A stretch of 64,000 nucleotides of DNA, taken from assembly GCA_038087875.1 (NCBI GenBank), contig CM075993.1:372001-436000 (forward strand), given 5' to 3'. The position numbers and the translations under genes were made by a program. This DNA comes from Malacoraja senta. Taxonomy: Eukaryota. The notes below the pieces were generated by a model, which had not been told where the DNA came from, did not search any database, and saw nothing but the letters and a program-made list of their open reading frames with translations. Every line of letters starts with the position of its first letter. Position 1 is the first letter of the stretch. Of the stretch, positions 27,701 through 39,700 are shown piece by piece.

Positions 27701-30700
27701 GCAGCCATACAACACAGATTTCTGCGAGCACACACCGTGTGTATAGATCTTAAAAGCAAGTATAAGGATTACCGTGGTAGTCATACTTGCTGTCGTTAAA
27801 TACCGCACTTAATGACTCTCAGAAAACCACTAAACAACTCAGAAAACATACGGGAGCAACGCGCCGCGAGTCGTTCACAGAGTAGCACCCCGCCCATTAA
27901 GTGTCGTTTCTGCAGCCATACATTACAAAACGAAGAAGTAGTGGGGTAAGGCTTCCAAGGCTGCCTGCTATCATTTTGAAACAGGGCCTTCTGGCCACCG
28001 AGTCTGCTCCAACCAACAATCACCCTGTACACTAGTTCTATCCTACACACCAGGGACAATTTTACAAGCAGCCAATTAACCTACAAACCTGCACCTCTTT
28101 GAAATATGGGAGGAAACCGGAGCACCCGGAAAAACACACACATGGTCACAAGGAGAATGTACAACCCCGTACAGACAGTACCCAGAATCAGTATCGAAGC
28201 CGGTTCTCTGGCACTACATGGCAGCAACTCTACCACTGCGCAACTGTGCTGAAACTACCTTTGTGTTGATTCCTCTCACTTTCTTCAAATCAAAGGTATA
28301 GACGTGGGCATTTGCTAATTTGTCTGTTTGTTTGCTGTGTAAACACTTGGCTCCAAACATACTCCAACAACACTCCCCAAGTCTGAAGAAGGGTCTCGAC
28401 CCGAAACGTCATCCATTCCTTCTCTCCAAAGATGCTGCCTGACCCGCTGAGTTATTCCAGCTTTTTGTGTCTATCCCCAATTCTTTCTCTGCCACAGAGA
28501 CAACGACATTGGGGGCACCTTCTACACCCATGCAGAACTCAATTTCAACTTCATCATTCAGCCTTCAAAGTCACTTGGGGCACCTCTGGCACTTCTCTCC
28601 CCTTTCTTGATTGCTCCACCTCAGGAGACAGATTATTCACAGACGGCTTCAACACACCCACCAACTCCCACAGCTATCTTAACTGCACCTTGCTCGGATG
28701 AAATCCCTTTCTCACAGTCTCGGCTTTGCTGCATCTCCACTCTAGGATATAGATGTTCCCCATTCTTCATAGATTCCTCTCAGTTTCCCACAGCTCCGTT
28801 CTTGCACACACCCCTCCCTCCAAGCAGAACAATGATAGTTCCCCTGGTCCTAACCTTTCACTGCATCGGCCTCTGCATTCAACATCTTATTCTACAATAT
28901 CTAGCAGCATCAATACAATCCACCGTCAGTCACATCTTCAGATCCTGCCCCTTCCAGCTTTCCACACAGACCGCTCTCTCATCACTCCTTAGTTCAATCA
29001 TCCGTCCCCACCACCTCTCAGGCACTTTCCCCTGCAACTGCACCTCCTCCCTCATCTCCATTCAGGAACTGGAACAGATCTTCCAGGTGAGACAGAGGTT
29101 TAGTCTACACTAGGGCACAATTATCTGACTCGACTAAGAGGAGCATTAAACTATAACATCCCAGCTAACTATGTGCACATTTTCATAGCGATTACTGGAT
29201 ATTATGCAAGAGTGTTTTGGTTGATTTTCCCCACCTCAAATTTAATTGCTACCTTCTCTCTGGCACCTATTAAGCATAGTCTGGACTGGATTTGGTTGAA
29301 ATGGCTTGCTTACTGAACATTTACACAGTCTCCATCATTAGGTTAAAGGTATAACATGTCTCCATTTGCAGCTTTGCACCACCTGGTGCTCATCTGTTAT
29401 ACGCACGGATCCTTAATAACCTAGTGTTCACTGGATAATCAGATGGAGCCAACGACTCACCCTGTGAAGCGTGGCTGTCTGCTGTTCCCATATCACCGTC
29501 TCCTCCATGACTGTGTTCTAGAATACAAGAGAATGCCAACATGTTTAACAAGTGTTCATGGTTCCATTAATTCAGAAGTAGAAAATATATCAACACCTAG
29601 CCCTGCTACAGAGCACACACACACACGGCAGAATTTTAGGGGAACTCCGCTGATTACACTACTAATGAACAGATTGCTTATAACAGAATATTTATAATCT
29701 GTGCTATTCTTCCACTGACTTCATGTTTCCCACTTTCTTTGGTGGTCCTACTGAGGAAACATTGCAAATTTCAAAAAATAGAAGGGGAAACTAGAGTTAA
29801 AACCAACATCTGCTCTGCTACGGGTGCTCCCATTCCCTTCAAAAATTACCTTCCCTACTCTCCACCCCCTCCCACAACTCCACTATTCCAATAAACAAAT
29901 CTCCACAAACTGCACACAATATGAATTCCAGCCATTTTACACAATGCCCTCCATGCCCATCAGAGTAGACCAGGGCCTTCAATCTCCAAACCTGATTTAT
30001 TCTCTTCAATAAAAGTTCCTGCACTCTTGTGCAATGGTCTTTTCTGCACTCTGTCTTTAGCTTCTCTCCCTCGTCCATTGGGTGAGCTTACATGGAACAG
30101 AATACTATTCAATATCAGTATTGCAGATCATATCAAGCACCTTCAATGCAACTCTGTTTATACACCCAAGGTGCATGAATGCTTTGACATATCAAAAAAA
30201 AGCATTGAGTTTACAAAGTGTTTGCATTGCTCTGTAAAGATGCTGGACAAATTCAAGATTTCTAATTTTCTTCAAATGTAAAATCATTTCCATCCCAGAT
30301 TTTTTTTTAAATGGAAGAGATAAGAGATATGAATAAAGAGGGAGGTTTTGAGGTGTGGTGTCTTCTATTGGGCTAGATAACAGCAAACACTTTTTTTAAA
30401 ATCCTCATGATTCAATATGAAACCACAACTCAATAATAATTTAGAAACAAGGAACTGCAGATGCTGGTTTACAAAAGTGCTGGAGTATCTTAGTGGGTCA
30501 GGCAGTATCTCAGGAGAACATGAATAGGTGATGTTTTGGGTTGGGGCAACACTGCCAGAAGCACAGCTCACAACTAGCAAGGAATACAATTCAACTTTCT
30601 CCACAAAGTCACTTTTCAAAGTCACGAGCACACTAGATTAACAAAGGTTTACATGTCTATATGAAGCACAGTTGGTAACTACATCCTTGCATTTAGAGAA

Positions 30701-33700
30701 ATAAAAAGTTGAATGGTTTAGGAAATGATTAAAAATCATTTTATGGCCTTGAGATAAAGTACACAACTTGACCATTTCCCCCTGCATCAATTTGACGGAG
30801 GGAAAAAGTCAAATACCAGTTCTCAATTCCATTCCTTCTCTCCAGAGATGCTGCCTGTCCCGCTGAATTACTCCAGCATTTTGTGTCTACCCTTTCTCAA
30901 TTGCTTGAACTGCTTCATGGGACCACTAATTCTTTTCCCATTTGGCAAGGAAGCCAGTAGAGCACAAAGTAAAGCTTCCACTCGACACCCGTCCCTCCTC
31001 AGCCTAGCAGGAATCACAAGCCCTGGAAACAGTGCCCTCCTTCACTAACGTCACCCATTCCTTCTCTCCAGAGTTGCTGCCTGTCCCGCTGAGTTACTCC
31101 AGCTTTTTGTGTCTATCTTCTGTACAATTATTAGCTGGCTGCACCTCAATATTTTCCTTGAATAACATGTGTAGGCTACAGGTCGACAATGACTGTAATT
31201 TAAGTATATTATGTGGATTTCATACAAGATACCACAACGTTTGCTTTAATTATTATTCTGCCAGCACCAAAAATATTCCTGAGACACTCCATTTGTTGCG
31301 CTTCTGACTGGCTCATGTGATCAACTACAATCTTTGTCACAAATCAGTGGAGTCAGACAGATTAGTGCTGTAAACATCACTGGCATTTAGCATCCTGCTT
31401 CACTAACAGGCAGATCATACAGCATACTGCACAAACATGATTTTAAAATAATTACCACTCATTTCAAAACAGCACAAGGAAGACAGGCCAACACAGCAAC
31501 TTTATGTCATCTAAACAACCTCCTTATGCTAGATTCCAGACAGACAGTGTCATGAGAGAACCACTCCCAGTACAAATAGGACCTGGGTCGACCAGTTTGA
31601 ACAGAGTGAACAGACCAAATCAATTATGGGGCCAAATCTCTTTCCGCTTATTCTCAATTTCATTGGGACTCATAATAAATTAGGAACCCATTTGAAAAAT
31701 TCATTGAAGCTCCCATATCTCAGACAAATCCAACCCATGCCATGGCCTCTGAGCATAGGCCTGTGCAACTGTAGAATATTCAGCACTGCCAACAAAACGC
31801 ACAAATTATATCAAGATGCTGAAAAACCATCAGAAACGAACAATGGAGAGAATGTGTAAGCTTCTAGCACGTGCCAACTCCACAGCGGGGATACAGAATC
31901 TTTATACGGTTTAATCTCACTGCAAAGCAGCAAGCTCTTTTAAGAAATAAACGGTGCCTGCATTATTTTTAGATCTCCAGAAGGCATTTGATCAGTTTCG
32001 CATTAAAAGTTACTGCAGAAAATAAAAGCTCCTGGTGAAGTTTGATACGTTGGCATCGTTAGAAGAGTGAATGTCTCTGGGATTAGGAGGCATAAATAGG
32101 ACTTTGTCTGGCTGACCAGAGTATTTTCAGAGTATAATTTTTATGTTAACTCCAACATGTTGTTTAAAATGTTTCTCTCCATGATAATTTAATTTGTCAC
32201 AATGGTTTCTCTTTCATTCTTCGCCTGTAAATTATGTTCTTAGTCTGAGAGTCAAGAGTTACACCCCCAGGTCCTTCCTAACCCTCCTACCTCTCACCTT
32301 AAACCAATGATGTCTTGCACGAGACACCACTTTCTTGGGAAAAAGATTCTTACCATCTACCCTATCAATTCACATCATAATTTTAGATACCTCTATCATG
32401 TCAGCCCTTTGCCCTAAGGAAAACAACCCCAGGTATCCAATCTCCCCTTAACTGTAAGCTTCCAATACACAACATCCTAGTGAATATTCTCTGCATCCTC
32501 TCCAGAGCAACTGCAGAAGTGCACACAATACTCCAAGTACATTTTAACCAACATTTTATAATGTTGGAAGACATTTCAGCGCTTACAATTGTTCATCTGC
32601 GCATGTCGCATGCAGTCTTAGCTACTCCATACTGAAATAAACAATTTCAAATAACCAGTCTTTCGAGTTTGTATCAGAATTGGGCTGTCAAAGGTCAAAC
32701 TTTAAGATTATAACAGTAAAATTCTAATTATAGATCTAATTCTATTATATTACATGAATATTAAAAGATCACAAGCATTTGGCACTGGCTGTCTAGGAGG
32801 TACTGTCCAGCACTCCCTTCCACTCCCCAGGAGACCCTGGGACCCACGCTCCATACTCTCCTCCCTCCCTTGAAATTTACTAGGATCTTATTGTCCATGT
32901 TCCCATTTCGCATTTATGCGATTGAATGGAAAATGTATTATTTGTCGCATTCTGAAATGTTCCAGAATATCACTGTTCTCTTGCCATATGCACATGTATG
33001 AGCTGCAAGTACAATGAAAATCTTGTTGGCCACTGCACATGCACGACGATCACCTCCCCGGTCTTTTTCCATGGCAAACTGAAATTGGCCAGTAGAGTTG
33101 GTAGGAGTACAAAAGTGTCCATTCAATAGACAAAATGAGGCAAGGAGTTTTAATTTTGCCCCTGGGGGGTAGGAAAGTATGCAGTGAAAAATTATATTCA
33201 CAGTAATCTTGCACCTTATTATTAGCAAAACTTTAATTTATTATAAGCAGTAGCCACACAAAGACTTGTTCAATGTATTCATCACTTTTAACTTATCCAG
33301 GGCATGGTGAATCCATCGAGAAGGAAGTGCCATTCAGTGGCTTACCGCTGCTAAAAAGCTACCACAAACTATCAACTGATTTTGCCAAAGCGCCCGTGGT
33401 TGAAGTTTGTGTTTTGCAGATAAAGGAATTGCAATTCTCACATCAGTGCAGTAAGCAAAGCTGCCTCTAGATTTGAAGTCCAAAGCCAAACTGCAGGTTT
33501 ACAATTATCAACTAAGCATACCATGTCACCATGCCAGTATCAGCAAGCATCTAAACAAGTAGCAGTGTATGGGATCAACCGCAGCATCACAATCTCAGCA
33601 TGTTTTTCAAGTCAATCACAAATAAATCAGACAACAAGTCCCCTATTAAATTCACATAACCGCACCAAAATCATGTTCTAACTCTGTCAAGGTATCATTT

Positions 33701-36700
33701 TTATTTAACTGAAACAATTAAATCTCACCCAAACTTTTTAAACAGAAGTTGAATTTCCAATGTGTTGGAAGGAGTTTGTAGTTGGCATGATTAGCAGGTC
33801 CGTAGTTACCTAAGATTACAACAGAATTTAATCAACTGGGAGAGTGCGGCAATAATTGCCAGATTTAATTTAACTCTGACAAGTATGAAGTGTTGCATTT
33901 TGATAAATTAAGCCAGGACAGAACTTGCACAGTAAGTAGCAGGGCACTGAGAGTGTTGTAGAACAGAGAATCGCACAGGAGATAGACTATCAACTGACGT
34001 CTATTATAAACCTACTGACTGCCACAACTATCTAGACTACACTGCCTCGCACCATGCTTCCTGCAAAGACTCTATCCCCTGCTCCCAATTCCTCCATTTA
34101 AGCCTCATCTGTGCCCATGAAAAAGATGATGTGTTCCATAGCAGGACATCCGAGACGTCCTCATTCTTTAGGGAACAGAGGTTCCCCTCTTCCATCTTAG
34201 ATGAGGCCCTCACACGTGTCTCCTCGGTACCAGACATAGACTGGGCGATCATTTCGCTGAACACCTTTGCTCACTCCACCTGAGCCTACCTAATCATCCG
34301 GTTGCCAAATACTTTAACCCCTTCCCATTTCCACACAGACCTTTCTGTTCTGGTGCTCCTCTAGTGACAGAGTGAGGCCAAATGCAAATATGAGGAATAG
34401 CTCCTCATATTTCATATGGGCAGCTGAAAACCCAGCGCTATAAATATTGAGTAGGAAAGAACAGCAGATGTTGGTTTAAATCGAAGGTAGACACAAAATG
34501 CTGGAGTAATCAGCGGGACAGACACCATCTCTGGAGAGAAGGAATGGGTGACATTTCGGGTCAAGACCCTTCTTCCGACTGATCCCGCTGAGTTACTCCA
34601 GCATTTTGAGTCTACCTTCAGTATGAATATTGATTTCTGTAATTTCAAGTAACCCTTGCATTCCCTCTCTCTCTGTCCCTCCCCTACCCAAGTCGTCATA
34701 CTAGCCTCAAAGTCATCTTGTTGAGTCTCATTGTCTGTAACTTGTTTTCACCAAGCCCACAGCTAACAATGGCCTGTATCAGCGCTCCTTTTTTCATATC
34801 TTTCACTCATTTGTTCTATATCTCTCTATATTGCCGTCGATTTCTCATTTTCCTTTCCCCTAACTCTGTCTTAAAGGTCTCGATCCAAAACGTCACCTAT
34901 TACTTTTCACCAGAGATTTTGTCTGACCCGCTGAGTTACTCCAGCTTTTTACGATACGATAGAACTTCATTTATCCCAGGAGTGAAATTGATCTGCCAAC
35001 AGTCATAAAAACACAAATACATGAAATGTGAAACTAAAGTGACGAGTGGAAAGGATTGGAGATGTGCCCAGCAAAGATTGGGGAGGGGTAGGGTGGGGGT
35101 GGGGATGGACGTCAGTCTCAGTCTACCCCATAACAGAAGGGGGAGGAATTGTACAATTTGATAGTCACATGGAAAAAGGATCTCCTGTATGGTTTGTTCT
35201 GCATCTTGGTGGAACCAGTCTGTTGCTCAAGGTACTCCTCAGGTTGACCAGTGTGTCAAGGAGGGGGTGAGTTGTATTGTCCAGGATGCTCTGCAGTTTG
35301 AGAAGCATCCTCCCCTCCAAGACCACCTCCTATGAATCCAACTCCACCCCCAGGACAGAGCCAGCCTTCCTGATAAGTTTGATAATTCTATCCCCCTTCA
35401 CCCTGCTGACCCAACACAAGGCAGCGAAGATGATGGCACTGGCTACCACCGATTGGTAGAAAATCTGCAGAATCTACCTGGAAATCTAGGTGGGGGGGGG
35501 GGGGTGGGCAGAGGCCCCACTATCAAATCTATTAAAAAACAGGTTTAGATTGTTGGCCCAGTCCTGATTGCTCTCCCTCCCCAGGCCACTGGTCTTCTTG
35601 TAGCCTGTAATGCTCTTCAGCAGAACAACGAGGGATGTGTGGAGCAGTATGAAGTTTCAGCTTCCTCCTGTAGTCGCCCTTGCCCTGTCTCACCGTAGCA
35701 TTTCACATCCTCCCTGTCACAATTCGCGAAGGCTCTCCTCTTCTGGTTGAGAAGGACCTTTATGTCACTGGTGACAGCCCTTTGTGTCGATCTTTGGTTT
35801 AAACCAGCATCTATAGTTCCTTCCTACACGTGAGAATCTATCTAACTCTTCCTTAAAAAGGATTGTTAATTCAATAGTTTCGATGTTTCAATGGTTATTT
35901 ACATTTCACCAAATGACAAAGAATAATTTACTGGTTTTTGTAAATAAATCTAGTAATTAGTGGAATCCAAGTACTTTAATCTTGCACAAGTGACATTACG
36001 CAAGCTTTAACTTGATGTGGACAAGCATCTTGCAGAGAATTCATTTAGGTAATAGACAAAAAAGATCAACATTTTCCTTTAATTGAAGATCAATTGTTTT
36101 CCACAACAACAAAAACATTCAAGGTTGAAAACACGTGCACTCAATGACTGACAACATGTGAAGCAGATTTTAGAATAATTCCAATACAGCTAGTACATAG
36201 AAGACCTGGATACATTTAACAATGAAATGAAATTTGCTTTGTTGATCTTCTGTACCCTAAAATCCCATTTACTGGCCCTCGTACAAATGGCAATTCCACC
36301 AACATGCTCATCGAGATAATACTTATCTTGGTTAACGCAATACAGATTAGTTATTGTAACTTCACACATTCCAGCCACAGTCATGTGACTAGGATGAAAC
36401 TCAATGGGTGCAGCAGGAATGGAGTAACCAGTTTCACTGCAAAGCAACTGTTCCCCAGGTCAGCTCCACCCTGTGACCAGGATGGAACCTTTGATATTTC
36501 ACATCCACATTACTGCCTTTTAAGAAGAGTAAAAAGAGCAGCAAAGGGAAAAGCAACTAGAAGCATTATATGCACAATAGACTTCAAACTGAGATCTGCT
36601 GAGGCTAAATTATGACTGATTAACTTTTGTTTCATTTAGATTGCACAAATGGAACAAGAATTCGATGGAATGCAAAGCCTCCACTGGGTGTGAACCATGG

Positions 36701-39700
36701 TATTCAATCTGTTAGCCTGTGGTGATTGATGCAGTCAGAATGGCATGCAAAGGAACACACATCAGGAGGTTTATAAATCCCACTGGAGAGTAAAAAAAGC
36801 ATTATACTCCTTCCAACGTGAACAATTCAAGTGCTTGGTTTACATCTATTCAATTGCAATTTTATGAAAACAGGTCAATTTCCAGCTACCCCATTTCATT
36901 AAAAAGTAAATTCAAGTCAATAGATCATTCTAATCTGCATGTTCCAATGCACACATTTTACACATGGTAATATTGTAATGTGGTTACTGATGTTTAATTT
37001 AAAAAATCCCTAACTTAAAATAAATTCTATCGTTACAAAGGGTCTTGCCTTTTAATACGTTTCGAATTAATTGTAGTGAAATCCTCATTAGGCTAAAATC
37101 CTAGTTCACTGTTGCGAATTACAGCTAACCGCATGCGTTTCATAATTTTCATGCAAGCCTCTGCCCATCACATCCTTTTCCTCCCACAACCATAACGGAT
37201 GATAGACTATGGTCATGATGGTTACCCTCTGCTGCACAGTCCTATGTTCTCCCAGCAAATCTCAAGATTAGGAAAGAATGCAAAAAACAGGCGTCAGACT
37301 TTAAAAATCAAAATGATAATTAAAATGATCAAAGTATGTGTGTTGGGAGCATTTTCAAATAACCAAGGATAGAAGAAGCAGTCTGAACAACGTCAGTTGC
37401 CAATCTTCCCTGAACCCAATTTAACAAGACCAATGGAGGATGACAGGAAGGAACAGCAAGAGACAGGGCTTTGAGAGAGGGAGATTAATTACACCACAAT
37501 AAACTAGTGTCACTCAATACAGTGCTGATAGTTAAACATGAACAGGACACACTTGCAATACAAACCACAATGGATGTTTCGACTCAATGAAAGTGATGCA
37601 ATTTACTTGGAGCAGCTAACTGCATGGGTATAAAATGTAACCTTACAAGGAACAGTCAGTTTCAGCAACTTTTGGCACATTGAATTGTGATAAACAATGA
37701 TAAAGCACAGAAAACAGGATGGAGTTTAAAACAGGAAAGATGCAGAATACATTAACATGAGAGACATCAGTAAGATAATTGTATTTCCCTGGGGTTTTAA
37801 GCTGCCAGGTATAAAGTTATCCTGTAACAATACAGAAGAATGCTCACTGGGTCCATGCCAGCTCCCAGCCGAGCAATCCCACTGATCCCATTCCCCACAT
37901 CACTTCAACCTGTTCACTGCCACAGACTCTCAACTCTCACCTAAGCCCTACATGACTTCATGAAGACCCCTTCGCTCCTGTACTGCTAAGCTGGCATACA
38001 ATCTCTATGTAGATTCATGTCCCCCATGTTATCCATATTAGCCATTACATGCATTTTTAATTTCCTGACATTGTGTACTATTTGGTAGCCTATAATAATT
38101 TCCAAAGTTTTCTGCCCTGTGCGTTCCACCCAAACTGATCGATGCTACAGAGGCAATTTCCCCTTGTAATGAACTCATCCCAGTGCTAACCCATGTCCTT
38201 TCGTTGCTCCGGAATGTCAAATGGCCCAAATCATTCAGCTCCCACTTCTGGCAGCGTTTCAGTCATGCCAATTAGATCACATCCATTTCCTTCTATTTCT
38301 ACCATTCATTCCTGTACTGTGTAACAACTCCTTCCTGCATTTAGCTACAGTACCTTTAACTTACCCTCAACAGTTTTTCATACTTTAACCTCTTCTCCTG
38401 AATGCTTTGTTGCCTCTATTTATTTTGCTTAGCATGCTTCTAACCTCCACATCCTGCATCCTATATAAATGACAAAGATACTATGGGGTAAGGCATGAAA
38501 AACACAAAAGCATGAACAAGAATAAAGACATATTTAAGCAACATTTCACAATCAATGAATTACTTGGAAAAATCAGACTATTTTTAACATGGGAAAATGC
38601 CATTGCCAATATGAATACAGCAACATCCCACATCAGAGGGAAGACTACAATCATATTTAGGATTTTGGATGAGATATGCACAGAATCTTGCAACAAAATG
38701 GAAGTTTTCCTGTGTAAGGCCCAATTTATAGTAATTAATAATAATTTATTCAGAATCCCACCTTACATGCATGCATTAACAATGAAGCCTTAAACACAAA
38801 CATGTGATATATCTGCCCCACCAAAGCACAAATGAGACAAAACCTATTGCACTAAAACCTCGGTGCTGTGGAGAAATTGGACAAAGTGATTTCTTTACAC
38901 GGCTTTCTGCATGGGAAGTCCTCGTATGACCCCTGACACTCATGGGGCCCCAGTCCTTGTATGACCCCTGACACTCACAGGGCACCAGTCCGCGTATGAC
39001 CCCCGACGCGTATGACCCCGTCCTCGGCCGACCGCCGGCGTTCATTTTGTGCATTTTGGAAAATTTAACCACGGCAGGATATACCGTGAATGGCAGCTCC
39101 CTGAAGAGTGCTGTTGAATGGACAGGTCTAGGAGTATAAGGACATAGTTCCCTGAAAGTAGCAACACAAGTAGACAGGGTGGTAAGGAATGCACATGGCA
39201 TGCCTGCCTTCACTGTCCAAGATATTGAGTACAAAGGAGCAGAATTAGGCCAAACGGCCCATCAAGTCTACTCTGCCATTTGATCATGGCTTAACCCCTC
39301 CTAACCCCATTTTCCTGTCTTCTCCCCAGAACCCCGTCATCTGAACAATAAGGGCAACATCCTCATGGGAAAGACACCAACTGAAAGTTCCTGCAAATCT
39401 CATACCATGCCGATTTAACAATATATGACCATTAATCCAAGGTGGCACCCAACCCAGGCGATTATTTGTGTGTTTGTCACAGGAGTGGATCTGCAATCAC
39501 ACATTACAATTGCTCCACACTTTTAAATCTACAGCAACATTTCTTACTTTAACTATGATATCTGTACATGTTGAATGGCTCGATTGTAATCATGTATTGT
39601 CTTTCCGCTGATTAGTTAGCATGCAACAAAAGCTTTTCACTGTACCTCAGTATACAAGACAATAAACTAAACTCAAACTCCATACATTAAACTTTTCACT

